A DNA stretch of 64,000 nt from Oculina patagonica (Eukaryota): assembly GCF_052425735.1 (NCBI RefSeq), contig NC_135758.1:40424001-40488000 (forward strand), written 5' to 3'. Of this stretch, positions 37,401 to 50,700 are shown one piece after another; positions within the stretch are counted from its first letter, which is position 1; the number at the start of each line of letters is the position of its first letter. Position numbers and translations under genes: made by a program. The notes under the pieces were generated by a model. The model did not search any database and had not been told where the DNA came from. It saw only the letters and a list, made by a program, of their open reading frames with translations.

Positions 37401-40400
37401 TCTGGTTCAGAATGGCTGCAGCCATCTTGCCGTCTGTTACTGAACATCTTGATTGGATGAAAACTGATGCTGGAGGTTGATGGCACAGGGAGACTGGTGA
37501 CTACCTCTGGTGGAGGGGCAACCTGAAGGTTACAAAATGACACAGTCAGCAAGATGCTGGAAAGTTAATGTATTTCTTCTGTGCTGTCAGGAGTACAGGT
37601 AATCACCGACAAGGCTGGAAACCTATTGTATATTCAAAGTATGTAATGGCATCCATTAACGGACTGTGCAAATGGAGGGAGGCTTTGTTCAACTTCTTCT
37701 GACCCTCCCCTTTTATGAAGCACATTTATTCTGACCATCCCCCCTCTTATCCACTCACTCCTTTAACCCTCCCTAACGTGTGTGCATAAATTTATGTACC
37801 CCCCTTTTTTCCCCTGCATAAAAATCATTGACCCTCCCCCTTTTTGCACCAGCCCTCTCCACCCTGGGACAGCGGAAAATTTTTCCAGCTGGGGGGCTGA
37901 CTAGTGACTTAAAGTGTGTGTGTGGGGGTGGGGGGGGGCTTAAGAGACTCTTATCTTATATTAATTCAGTCTTTCTTTTTTCGGTAAAAATGGTGGGGCT
38001 AAATAACTCCCCCCCCCCCCCGCTCCCCAGCTCCACCGTCCCTGCAATCCTCTAAATAATGATAGGTCCCTAACAGGTGTGGTAAATTCACTAACAGTGT
38101 ACCATAAGTGATATGAGTTAACTGCATATTAAATATTTTAGGATATAACCAAAACATTTATGAGTCCTTTTCCTTAGGCATCTCCAGAAGGTTGTGGCAG
38201 ACTGAAAATGATTTGAGATATATTAATAAAATATGATTTTCTTAGTTAAGAAAATTTTGAAAGTCTTTGAAAATGTTCAGCAAAGACATGTAGAAAAGCA
38301 TTAAAGTAGATTGTGTTCAGAAGACAAACTTTATCACACACAAAAAGAGTTTGCTCAGGTTAGTTGTCAGCTTAGAACCTTCTGAAAGCCTTTAATGTTA
38401 AAAAATAAATATTATTTTGATTAATTTTATTGCTTTAACAATTACTGTACCTCATTATCTTCTGTTGCCTTTTCCAGTCGCTGTCGTTTGCTGTTCAATC
38501 CCTCCTCACCCAGTGATTCTCGCTGTTCTGCCACTCTTTTCTTTTCAGTTTCTGACATGTCTGTCATCAGCTTTGCACTGGGTTCTCCTGTGATCTACAA
38601 GGTACAACAATCAAATCACAATGAAAGTAAGCGGAATAAAAAAAAGTTTTGAAATGAGCGTTGAAATACATTTTAAGCTAAAAAGTCATAATAAATCAAC
38701 ATTTAGCGCTGTCCATTTCTGTTTTCAGCTTTGAGGATAGCTTTTATCCAGAGGGAAATTTTAACCAGACAATATATGTGTTTTCAGGTATATGAAAACA
38801 CATATAATAAGGGGGCTTATACATGTAACCATTTTTGTTATGGTTTTCATCAGGGATTAGATCATGTAACCAGCATTCTCTTTTCTTGTTAATTTTGTCT
38901 ACTAACCACAACACTTGGTGATGAAATGAAGTACTTCTTCAGAAAAGCCAGCCAGTAGTCAACTGGTTCCTGTCGAAGCTTTTCCAGATCCTGAATTGTA
39001 CTCAGCCTTGCTTGGAGATCCTGTGGCTTGGACGAGTACAAAAAGTCTCCCACTATGGCATCAGCAAATGTGTCGTGGGGATGGTTTTCAAATCTATTCT
39101 TTGTGTCCAGGATTTTGCGATGAATAACTACACCAAGGCGGTTCATATCGATGGCTTGTTTGCCATTTGCAAGGTTTCCCAAAACCTGTTTTATCTTTTC
39201 TTTTGCCGCAGAGAGCTTTTCGAATGGAACATTTTCAGCTTTGATTAGCAAAGAACTCTCCAGGAATCCCATGACATCACAGGAGATATCACTGCAAAAT
39301 GGATCCGGAATTTCGACCAGTTCCCGCTGAAGTGGAGCTATAGATGTGTCAGTAAGGTAGTCTAGGATGACGGATAATGCAGACAGACTGTAAAAATCCT
39401 TACAGGAAGGACCTCGGAAGCCCATTAAGATGGATCCAGATTCTTCGTCTTCAGTTGGGAATTTGATGACTTTGTCAACAGCTGCACTGAGTGATGGAAC
39501 AGGAGTTTGCCATGGTCTTTCATAGGGAGGTAGTGCTTTCTACATGTTAAGATAAGATACAATATTTATTACTTCAGACTCTGTTCAGTTGATGTGACTA
39601 GGTTTTCACTTTTAAAACATTCCTGGATGATTTTTGTAGTGATCAGGGATGTACATGTAGTTAAGAAAACACTAAGCCGGCTCATCAACAAGCCCAGCCG
39701 GCTTTTCTGGCTTTGGCAGCCCTAAAAGTTTACCCAAGCCTTTGTTTTCATGTGAAATTTCAGCCGGTTAAATTAGCTGGCAGCCGGCCCTTAGCGACAT
39801 CCCTGGTAGTTATCAATCTACAACCCTCCAAGTTAAGACCATTTTAGTCGCCATGGCGACTAAAATTTTGGTGCTGGCAACTAAATTTGAACCAAGGTCG
39901 CCAGCCTGGCGACTAAAATTGAGAGGAATGATTGAAAGCATCAGCTTAATTTGGTGACTAAAGTGTTTCACTGGCGACCAAAACTTGAGTAGTTGGTGGC
40001 CAAATGGCCACTAAGGAAAAAAATAAACTTGGGAGGGTTGATCTATATTTAAATGTTGTTAAAAAATGTAGTTTTACTAAACTTATCTTGATTATGATGA
40101 TGAAGTTGGCAATTTAGCCTACATGTACATGTACATGATTGTAGAAAAACATCCTTTTCTAGTTAAAGGAAGATCTTAAGGAAGTTTAATAAATCATATC
40201 AATAGTAACAATTAGTAAACAAGAAAATAAATTTCTGAGAGGGAAGTGACTTTATGAAAGGAACTTCAAATAATGACAGAAATTAAAGAAGAAAAATTAA
40301 TGTGTTTTTTTAAGCCTTAGCAGACTTGTATGCCGACTGAACTGTTGGCACACTCTGAACCCAGATTGGATCCAAAACTATTATTATAGTTTATTATTAT

Positions 40401-43400
40401 ATAGACTATTAATTAAAACAGTTTACTTACCTTTGAAAGAATTTTATCTTCAAAGGGCTTGACAGTCTCAAATACTTGCTTTGGATCAATCTGCCCAGTG
40501 ATGATTACACACAGGTTTTCTGGTCGATAAAACTGTTGGTGGTAGTTACAGACCTGCAGAATAATTATTGTACAGTATAGCTGTAATAACGACCTCTGGC
40601 TCAGGCTAGTTCCAATATAAAAATTCATGATTCATAGGATTCTACTCATAGACAAATATGATTGGCTGACAATTAAAGGTGAGTGCCATGTGCTTAATTA
40701 AAATTAACATCAATTGAAAGCTGGGCAGAGGTTGTAATTAACTTTCTGTGCTGACCTAAATTAGGATTGTGGCCTCTGGAGACAAGAATCAGTCTGCAAG
40801 CCGGGCAATTTATACTGCACCCTTCAACATTATAACCTGACAAAATAATCTGATTTTTTAAACCCCAGTTTAGGGGTTTACCTCGGTGTAAGAACCTGTG
40901 ATATTTTTCTTTGTATTGGAGCTTTTGTTTTCCTGCTCTGTATTGTTTTTGACGCTCTTTGTTGCTTTGTTCGTTCTTTGTTTTACGTCACCGGTGAGTT
41001 TCACAGGTTCTTACACCGAGGAAGAGCCCAGTTTAGAGCTGTATTTTAAGCTGTTGTCAATTATCTTTAATAAGTCAGGGCTTATCAAGGGCCGTAACCC
41101 GAAACACCTGTTATGGCTGAGTTCACTGGATGTTATGGGTGAAGATGTTGATTGGTGTTACATTACACTCAGTGTGAAATGCTACGGGTGATAACTTCAT
41201 GCATGGTTGCTTAAAAACATAATTATGACAGCCCTGGTTAGTGGACATTTCAGGAAACAATTTGCTCCTTTTTTTCAAATGAAAGATCCCTTTATTCTAA
41301 TACTGAGTGTTCCTATATTTAATCAATTAAGAAATAAGAAAATGTGCTTGCTTTTATGACTACCATACCTTAGTGTGACTGCAAGTAGAACGTAAATTTT
41401 CCATGATTCCTCCGGTCTCAGACTATGGGAAAAATTGAATAAAGAAGAGTCCATGTTAACTTACTAAAATTTCACTGTCCAATTTTTAAGCAAAGAAAAA
41501 AAGTGAAAATGTCCCTACACAACCTCAGAATTTTCTCTGATTTTTTTCATATAACTCTTTTCTTAAAAAAAAAAACATGCCTGCTGTATGGTACCCAGAC
41601 ATACCCATCCAGTTATCTCATGATGATAGCACAAAATAATAACTACTCAAATGTTCACAGAATCTTGCTCATGAAGGCTTTGCCCTCACCAATGACTGTG
41701 AAGTAAAGATCACTTTCAATTGGTAATAAGTTAAAAACTCGTGATCAACTTACTGACCAAATTAATTAATTCTCTAAATGTTTAGGCGTTGTTTACTTAT
41801 TATTTTACTAGACCACTACATGTTTATCTGACAAGGCGACAATGTTGTGCACAACACACTGGCCCTGTTACCTTATAGCCACAGTGTCCAGGGTACATTT
41901 CACGTGAAAAATTCAAGTACGTCCTTGACACCTCCATGTTCTCCCTTCCCTGCATCTCACAGTACACCACGCCTGCATCTTCACCCTCTCCATTCACATG
42001 ATGAACCTCTGTGATGTATGCTGATTCCTATTGAGCAGGTAGTACATATATATAGATTCATTATCTAAAAGCTATATCATTTTTTATCTGAGAAAGAAGT
42101 GTCCCTTTAACACTCAACTATTTTTCCTAAAACTAAGCATTACAGAGATCTAGTGTGCATAGTGTCTTTGATTGGCTTGGGGTTCTTGTTAAGATTTTAA
42201 AATATATGTTGTGGTTCAAATTGATCTATGGTTTAAAATTTTTCAAACCAGTTTGATTTTTATTTTTTTATTGTCTCATATTCCAGCATTATCATAATCT
42301 AAAACAAAAGGAACTAAAATCAAACTACATGTACATGTAGTTTGAAAAAATTTAAACCAAGGAAAAAATTAATCCACAACATAAAATATACAAGGATAAA
42401 AGTCAGTAGGTAAAACTAACAAGAAACTTTTTGGCTGCTGCTCATGTGAAGTAACAGAGCGGGTAAACAGGGGTATGCAAATCCACCGATCTGTGCTATT
42501 TTTTTACCTAAACTGTCAATCCGCCACTCATTCAAATATGAATCCACATTATTTGAAACTTTGTGTAGTATAGTTTCACTGCAACAGACAGTAGATTTTG
42601 TTTTTTTCGTGTTTTAAATAGGAAGTTTCGCTTCTGTCATTGCTTGTTTTTACGACAATGTTCGTCAACACATGTACCACCAAAGACTGACCAAAGTGGT
42701 CTGAACTTTGTTTGAGAATCTACCATCCGAAACTCCTTACATAAAGAGTCCAGAATCTGAGCCAAAATTCTCACATAACCTGCAATCCGCTGTATTTTCA
42801 AAATCCGTGAATCTGCTCAATATATCGCAAAAAAATTAATTCTACCCCCCCCCCCCCCCCCCGTAACAACTCAATTTTGAGAACATCTTCTCGAGGAAAG
42901 TGTGAAGGTATTGTCTTACATGGACCACATTCTTTTATTAATTACTGTTTCATGGACATAAACCTGCCAATGCAAAATTTTTCAATAAAAACAATTCCCA
43001 CCGTAAGAGTTGGATATAGCACATGATCCAGATAGATTGGCAGAAGGTTCAGAAAACCCTCACTGCCTGCTGTTTCCATGGTGTAAGCCGTGTGATCAGT
43101 TGCTGTCCATGCATTGGTTCCTTGTGCTAAGCATCTGTTGGCTAACAAGTCTAAAAGACCCTGCAAGTTCAAGAAAATAAAAAAGGAAAACATTTGAAAG
43201 CACAGTTATAGGGAGGGAAACTTAAATATTATTATTGCCATGTGGGTGAGGGATGACCGTAAGACATTCACCAAAAAATGGCCGAGCAGGGCTGCAAATA
43301 ACAGTCGGTCATCGGACATTGGCTGACCAAAATTTGCTAACGGCCGACAAAACCCCAATTCAATTTTTCAAAGAATCTATATTTTTTTTCTGACTTTTTC

Positions 43401-44628
43401 AACATTCATGAATTGTAAGCTTATATTTCACATCTTAATGGACCTATTAATGTTAAGCCCGAGGGAGGGGGATGGGGAAGGGGGGGGGGTTTTTAATTTT
43501 TTTTTAAAAAAAATTTAAATTCCCCCCCCCCGGAAAAAAAAAATTATTAAAAATTTTTCCCCCCCCCGAGGAATAAAAGGGGGTCGGTTTTTTTTTTCTT
43601 TTTTGATGGGGTAAAAAATACCCCAAAACCCCCCCCCCGGGCCCCATCACAAAAAAAAAACCCCCCCCCCCGGGGCCCCCTAACCACCATCTCCCCGCCC
43701 CCCCCCCCCCCCCCCCCCCCCGCCATAAAATAATAAGTACTAGCCAGTACTCACTGCACTATATTAACAATGTCTGCAACAATTGTTTATATATTACTGG
43801 GCTTCTGAAGTAACTAAAAATAATTACATGTGTAACTTTATTAACTGTTGAAAAATGTAAAACATGAATTTTAACGGTGTGTGACATTTGCAGAATGCAG
43901 AATGCAGACTAACTGTAAGAAAATATATTGTGTTGCCTTTACCATTATTGAAAGCTAACCGTAAACATGCTAACCGGAATGTATAGTAGGCTAACCGGAG
44001 TGAACTTTTCACTCGGGTTAGCCTACTACTCACTCCGGTTAGCCTACTATTCACTCCGGTTAGCCTACTATTCACTCCGGTTAGCCTAAATAGCACTTCG
44101 GTTAGCCTGTTTACGGTTAGCTTTCAATAATGGTAAAGGTAACACAATATATTCTCTTAGTCTGCATTCTGCATTCTGCATTCTGCATTCTGCGTTCTGC
44201 ATTCTGAAAATGTCAGACACGGGAATTTTAATGAGGTCTCAGAAGTAAAGAAGTAATTACACCCACCCACACCTCACCTTGTAAGGATAATTTTCGCTTC
44301 CCATGAAAACCAAATGTTCCAAGGTGTGTGGCAAACCATCATCATCATGAGCTTCAGTAGCTGCATTGAAATAAACAAGATACTGATTCACGAAAAAAAA
44401 AATATTCAGAGAAAAACTTTTTGGAACACCTGCTCCGCGCCGTTCTGCAGAAAGCTTTAGGTCGCTACTTAGAAGTTTGAACTTACCAAGACAAAGAAAG
44501 CCATTCACCAGAGGCCCAGGAACTTTTGCAAAACAAAAATTAATTCCTGTTCTCTTGGATCGGTATTTTTCAACCGGAATAGAATCGAGAACTTGAAAGG
44601 AAGCCAAACGCTCAAAATGTTCCGCCAT
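28424..44628 (-). CDS. M16 (insulinase/inverzincin) zinc metallopeptidase-like, C05D11.1/SDD3 type, 22 exons, ~1014 aa
   Basis: HTLEH motif in DDGLPHTLEHLVFMGS; GTNAWTATDHTAYT; GVVYCEMQGRE; IWRQVRGLGLSYG. Exons 44628-44487, 44360-44278, 43160-43002, 42027-41872, 41422-41369, 40553-40431, 39539-38907, 38594-38451, 37522-37328, 36871-36769, 36243-36113, 35703-35585, 35466-35405, 34919-34834, 32091-31937, 31164-30984, 30690-30641, 30368-30275, 29641-29525, 29311-29268, 29130-28978, 28484-28424; total 3045 nt in frame. Confidence 0.92.
29773..29840 (+). repeat. tRNA-derived SINE head fragment
   Basis: AGCTCAGTTGGCAGAGCG (A-box) and GGTTCAAATC (B-box); stems broken. Confidence 0.55.
29969..30143. 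mobile_element. Tc1/Tigger-like MITE
   Basis: AGTCAACTCTCTCTAAAACGGACA ... TGTCCGTTAAGAGAGAGTTGACT. Confidence 0.75.
31284..31530. mobile_element. Harbinger-like MITE (GGGCCGGGTTGTTC...GAACAACCCGGCCC); related copy at ~49664-49909
   Basis: 14-bp TIRs; similar internal sequence in PSMB7 intron 10. Confidence 0.75.
32530..34558. mobile_element. Foldback-like element with ~367-bp TIRs and exact 6-bp TSD
   Basis: 32530-32897 is the reverse complement of 34193-34558 (termini TATGGCGCG/CGCGCCATA); TTAATG duplicated at 32524-32529 and 34559-34564. Confidence 0.9.
33243..34125 (+). pseudogene. Penelope-like element reverse transcriptase, 5'-truncated and frameshifted
   Basis: LILKENSFQF..QTHGTAMGTKMA/VAFANIFMA, WKRYIDDIF, IKFT, FLD, HYKPT, SSHPPGVKRGFIKGEALRLLRTNS, RGYP, LPFVTTYHP, SLKDMLVRAKI*. 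Confidence 0.9.
35146..35230. mobile_element. Short MITE CACCCTGCGAGCAG...CTGCTCGCAGGGTG
   Basis: 14-bp TIRs; 9-bp flanks accttcagc/accttcacc. Confidence 0.75.
36302..36442. mobile_element. MITE with 9-bp TSD (Mutator-like)
   Basis: CTGACTCGTC...GACGAGTCAG; exact TSD GCTAAGTAA. Confidence 0.8.
39644..39805. mobile_element. hAT-like MITE
   Basis: CAGGGATGT...ACATCCCTG; 8-bp TSD GTAGTGAT/GTAGTTAT. Confidence 0.7.
39821..40040. mobile_element. MITE CAACCCTCC...GGAGGGTTG
   Basis: TIRs, internal TGGCGACTAAA repeats, 5-bp flanks ATCTA. Confidence 0.7.
42205..42383. repeat. AT-rich palindromic MITE-like repeat
   Basis: TATGTTGTGG..GGTTTAAAATTTTTCAAAC / GTTTGAAAAAATTTAAACC..CCACAACATA. Confidence 0.65.
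43876..44222. mobile_element. Palindromic MITE with internal 21-bp tandem repeats and (TCTGCAT)n
   Basis: Arms GTGTGACATTTGCAGAATGCAG / CTGCATTCTGAAAATGTCAGACAC; internal ACTCCGGTTAGCCTACTATTC x4. Explains the repetitive ORF 43824-44096. Confidence 0.8.
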
Positions 44629-44730
44629 CTTGACAAAAGAGAGAGGCTGGGTCAAAAGAGTCTTCGAGCTGTCAGCGGTTTCTGGTGTGAGCACATGCAC
44701 ACTAAGCATGACTCCACAAAATTTTTCAAC
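44629..44730. promoter_or_regulatory. Compact bidirectional promoter between the M16 peptidase and PSMB7
   Basis: Divergent ATGs at 44628 (-) and 44731 (+); ARE-like TGACCCAGC on the minus strand at 44646-44654. Confidence 0.75.
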
Positions 44731-47700
44731 ATGGCGGCTATTGGCGGTACTGTAGTCCCAGAACATTGCGGTGGATTTTCGTTTGAAAACTGTAAAAGGT
44801 AAAGATAACAGACAATTTTTATGTTCCTGTATTGACAGTTTATTAATTTATAGTGTTTGATCTTACTTTAGAAATGCCATATTGGAGAAAATGGGCGCTA
44901 AGCTGCCCACGGCGAGAAAAACCGGCACAACGATTGCGGGAATTGTATTCAAGGTTAGATTTTACTGTTATGTAGTATTTTATAAGAGAAGTAAAAAAAA
45001 TTATTTATAAATAATTGCCGTATAAGAAACGTTTTTGTGTTCCCAACACCTAAACACTGTATTTTAAACCAAAGTCAAAGATCAAAATCTTTTCTATAAA
45101 CTTGCCTCGTGTAGTTTGTTGAGAGCACAATAACTTTTCTTATGCAAAAATTATTTAGAAAGAATAATTATTTTTACTATCAGGTATGAAGGATGTTTAG
45201 AGACTGCGTTGAAAATTCATGTGTATCATGTATTTTGCTTCCCTGTGGGCAAAGATACTGGTTTTAATTGACTCCCCCACGCCCCCCCCTCCCCCCCCCC
45301 CAATTCACGTTTCTGTCTGACAGCTCTCCAGTTTGCTTGTTTAGAGAGTTTTGACTAGACCGTTTTAGTGATTTATCAGGCTTAGTTGTTACATCTAACA
45401 TATTTCAGATGCTCACATCCTTCCAAATATAAACCTGACCTTTCTCGTGAATACTGCAAAAGAACCATGCCTTGAAATTTATGGTATTGTCCGATGGTCT
45501 AAAGTTTTGCTGCTATTAATTGTTTTACAGGATGGTGTTATATTAGGAGCTGATACAAGAGCAACTGAGGTAGGTGATAAATAGCTAATAAACTGTATGT
45601 TTGATGTCTCAAGTGAGAAACACTTTTGAAAGTTTAGGAAAAGTTAAAACAGTCATGGCTACCTTATGAAGCTCCAGTTCAAACCCTGCTCCACTCAAAC
45701 CAGGGTGCATTTTTTTATAGGTCTACGCCAAGATCATCTATAATTAATTCTTACCAAAAATAAGTCATCTGTACGCCAGCTCAAAGGTGCTGGCTTCAAT
45801 AGTATGCCAGTACACAGCGCAATTTTGAAATCCACCCCGAAGATCATCTACGTACATGTAGAATGCAGCCTGGCACTCAGGCTGTACCTGTCCATCTAAT
45901 TTCTTTTATGAATAATGAACAATTATTCGCCGAAGTGGAGGTGAATAGTGGTGGATATGTGGCGAGGTAAATATCCACCACATTCACCGACACTGAGGTG
46001 AATAATTGTTTTAGTATATACCACACAAGTTGAATAACTAGCGGACTAAAACATCACTTTCGGTAAACAAAGCAACACGCGAAGACAGTTTGTTTCTCTT
46101 AAGCTACTCAGAGGTGAATAGTACTTTGCTAATCACCCCCCGAGTTAACCAATCAGCCCGTGGGAAAAGCATTATTCAAACAGTGATTATAGTAATGTTA
46201 ACTTATATTTCAACTTTTAATGAAGAATTTTTCAACCATGTTTAACAACAATAACAAAAAATACCATCTTAATTAATTGTATTTTAATTTATGTAGGATA
46301 CCATTGTTGCTGATAAAAACTGTTCCAAGATACATTACATTGCTCCAAATATTTAGTAAGTATTTTTAACTACCCTTTTATCGTTTAGTGCTGGTGTTTA
46401 TTATTTTCTGCAGCTCTAATTTTCATGAAATATTTTTTGAATTATTTATTATGTTTCTACATGTAATAAAGTATTTATTAATTATATATTTCAGTTGCTG
46501 TGGGGCTGGTACTGCTGCTGATACAGAGTATGTCACAAACCTCATTTCTTCCCATATTCAGTTGCACAGCTTATCGACTGGACGTCAGGTAAATATGTAA
46601 ATTATGTAAATGATGCAACTCTTGAAAGCAATAACTACAGCTGTAGTACATGTGCTATTAAGGACCATATAACATCATTTTCTGACATTGGCATAAAGAA
46701 AAAGAAGAAATAATTTGAATGAAATTGTCACAAATTAAAATGAGCTTAAAAGTTGTTTTTTTGACAAAGGTTCTTGCAATCTAATTAAATGAAATCTGTG
46801 AAGTCCTAACAAAAATAAGTGATAATGTTGATTTTATAAAGATAACCAGCAAAACTACAATGTAATAAGTTATTATATGTAAAAGTGTTAGTAGCTAACA
46901 CTTTCGCATTGATATTTTACAGGCCAGAATTGTGACTGCATTGCGTTTGTTGAAACAGTTACTGTTCAGGTATTCAAGACGATTGTGGTTTTCTAGCTTC
47001 CACTTATATAGAATGTGTAGCTACAGGAAATATCCATACCCATCCCCAGAAAAATCAAGGGAAATTCAGAGGAGGAGAGGGGCTCAAAAAGTTCAAGTTT
47101 TCAAAGAAAAGTATGAACCTAAAATGTTCCACGAGAGGAATGTGGCTATATTTTCCTGGAATGTTCAACACAGTTTACCTTATTATAGGAAATTAATGAT
47201 ACATGTTATTAACGCGAATTTCAAAAATTCGCGTTAATTTTATTGATGTTAATTAATATAAACATGTTTACTATAAGCATTTAACCAGAACTTTTCTTAA
47301 ATTCGCGTTAATTTAATTACGCGTCAATTTTGCGTTAATTTAATTACACGTAAATTTTGTTCGCGTTGTTAAAACGCTTCGTTGTATTCCTATAATAAGG
47401 TATACTTCACATATATAGAGCAGTAATAAACTATTTACCAGGTGCATGTAATTAGGAAATTTTGTTAATTTTCTGTTTTATTTGTGCAGATATCAAGGAT
47501 ACATTAGTGCTGCTCTTGTCCTGGGTGGCGTTGACTTAAATGGTCCAACACTACACACCGTCTACCCGCATGGCAGTACTGACAAGCTGCCGTATGTCAC
47601 AATGGGTAAGTACAAATGCAAACGCTTCTGACAGAATCATGTAAGCTGCAGAAAACTGCTCTTACTAGCTGTTCATAACCAAGTTCATTGTTTTCAGGGC

Positions 47701-50700
47701 TACAGTTGAATTTCCATGACCTCCCGACTTTTTTCAATTCCCCAAGGTCCAGGTCATTTTCTCACTACCTTATTACATGAAATTTTCGCGGCACTTTAAT
47801 TTCACGAATTTTAGCGATTGCAAAAAAATCGCGAAATTAAAGTGACACGAACAATAAGTGTCGCGAACATAACATGACGCAAAAATTAAATGACTCACTG
47901 CACATTATGTTAGCAATCAAGAAAAAATAAGTTTAGTACCACTGAAGGAAAGAATTTTCAATGTAAATGGATGTTGTCGTCAATTGACTCAAGAACAATA
48001 ACTTATGCACGTACAAACATGACCTACTTGTAGACATTGCAAGAACTGCTCTGTTGTTGCTATTGCCCAGAACTATAGTCCCGGCCTTGCGTTTTTGTTA
48101 ATTTTGACGCTTTTGTTTCTTTGATGAAGTCGTTTTTATTTAATTCAATGGCATGTTTGGTAATATTGCCAAGGAAATGTAAATTTTGCCTTACTCAAAA
48201 ACGCGAAATTAAAGTGATTCAAAACACAAAATTGTTGCAAAATCGCGAAATTAACGTGTCGCGAAAATTTCATGTAATAAGGTAATTTTACCCTCCACAA
48301 CTCAAACCCCCTGATAACTCAAACCTTTTATTGATTTCCATTGGAGGTTTGCCCAATTATCGGGATTCAACTGTATCAGTACCTGAACTCCATTTGAGCT
48401 TGATGAGATTATATACAGTGTAGCTACATTCTAGTACATACAGTACATGTATGTAACTTATTTCCTTTAACTTGCAGGTTCTGGTTCCTTGGCTGCTATG
48501 TCAGTGTTTGAGTCAAGATATAAGCCTGACATGGAGGTAAATATCTTAGTATTCACCTAAGACTGTGGTGTGAATAGAAAATATTACAGATTTGATGTTG
48601 TACACTATTAAAAGCCTTGTATCTAGCGTGCACTAACAAGTGTTCTTTTCCTAGCTTGAAGATGCTAAAAAACTGGTACGCGATGCAATCGCTGCAGGAA
48701 TATTTAACGATTTGGTAGGTACCTACATGTACCGTGTGCTTGGTCACTTTTCTTGAAAGAATGTCATTTTATTGCACAATTACGGAGGTCATGTGTTGCA
48801 GTACGCTGGTGTACGTGTAGCTTGATCGACCGGAATATTTGAATAAAAACTTCAATCTTGTATCTCTGAATGTGATTCTCTCTGTAAAATCTGCCAAACG
48901 CGGTTACTGCAGTATAAAAAGAAGCCAAAACAGTCTAAAGAGCAAAGGTCAATTCTTCACAGTTCAGTGGTAAAATAATACCTCCGTATTCAATGGAATT
49001 TAAACTCATGACCTCTGTGATAAGTCCATAATGTTGTTGCATGTTCATTTTTGTTTCTTGCCTGTTTGCTAGGGATCTGGAAGTAATGTTGATCTTTGTG
49101 TGATTACCAAAGAAGGAACTCAATACCTCAGGCCGTATGATGTGGCAAATGAGAAGGGTGTGAGACAGGGAAAGTATTCCTACAAGAGGGGTGCTACAGG
49201 TTAGTTGCACAAGTGCCGCAAACCAGTTTGTAATAATCTCAAGTTTTATTCAAATGCAAAATACTGAAAAAGAAGCAGTACCACAATAAAGTACTGCTCA
49301 ATAGCTTTCATTTGAGTGGTCACATATCAAGGTTACATACTGGGGTTTAACCTACATTGTACATCCTTAACAGTTATCCTGCGAATGTAGTTATTTGTAG
49401 GTACGGACTAAATAGCGCAGTTTACTAACTGAACCACACAAACGTATACTGTACTGCTCAAATAACTGTACCACACATTCAAACATACTGCTCAGTATCT
49501 ATCAGTTGAATGGTTACACTCTAGCGTTTTATTCACAAATTTAATAGTTGGGACTTCCTTGTACAGCATTATAAACAAAATGACTGCTCGATAGCTTTTA
49601 TTTAAATGGATACACACTAGCGTTTCATTCACAATCTTAAAAGTTAAGGACTTTATTGTCCAGCCTGGGGAGGGGTTGTTCAAAAGCCGATTAACACTAA
49701 CCCAGGATTAAACGTTGACCGAGGGTTTACTTTCTCTAGTACAGAATTGTTTCTATTGCTGATGTTTTGTGGAATTTGAGATTAGTTGACGTCAAAACTG
49801 AAGGACAGAAAATATAAACAGTAAACCTCACTGAAAAGCTAAAAAACTGAAATCAAAAATCAGGCTAATCCTGGATTTGCTAAATTGTTTTTTGAACAAC
49901 CTAACCCAGCTTAATAAACAGTACTACGTGAAAGTACTGCTCAACAGCTTTTATTTGAATGGTCATATGCAGCTAACTGCGTAGCGTAATAAAGTTACGA
50001 CAAACATGATACGATGACCAATAAGAATATCCGTGTAGAGTGTTTTTTTTTTAAAATAAATTAGGGCAATTCTAATGAATCTCGGCAACATATTCTGATA
50101 CAACTGTTATGTTCTATGCTAGAAAACACCTGTATTGTATTTCTCAGTTAAAGCGTTCAGGCCTAGGTCCTAACGAGTTAGTACAGTTCTATCGTAGCTG
50201 CATTCGCCCTATCAGTGAATATGCCGGTCCAGTTATTCAGTGAAAGTCTACCTGCGTATCTTTCTCGTGAGTTAGAAGCAGTGCAAAAGAGGGCAATGCG
50301 CATCATTTTCCCGTATATTTCGTATGAAGAAGCGCTTGATAAGGCAAGTCTAGTCACTCGGTCAGGTCGAAGGCAAGCCCTGACGGACAATTTGTTTATC
50401 AGCATTTCAGAGAACAATGACAGCAGGCTGAGGCATTTACTGCCCCCACACAATGCTAGTAGTTACAACCCCAGGAAGTCACGCCAGTTCAACCCTGTTT
50501 TTAAGACTAATAGATTTTGAAATGGTTCTATTGTCTCTAGTGCGCTTAAGTTTGGATTTTAATAAGTGTTGTATAGTTTTTTTGAATTATTGCGTTTTAT
50601 CGTATTAACTAAGTATTATCGCTTTTATAGATCTTGTAAATGTGACATACAATTCAGCCTTGGGGTTGCAAAGTTGTATATTAATAAACTATCTATCTGT

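Noticed and set aside
40898-41191. 97-aa hydrophobic ORF resembling a membrane protein
   Set aside because: T-rich repeat remnant antisense within an intron, GTG start.
43455-43735. Striking G/C/A/T homopolymer-rich block
   Set aside because: Looks like a homopolymer-smeared read of a common G-rich MITE, i.e. a likely sequencing or assembly artefact rather than biology.
43824-44096. ORF with RLTGVNS repeats
   Set aside because: Translation of 21-bp tandem repeats inside a palindromic MITE.
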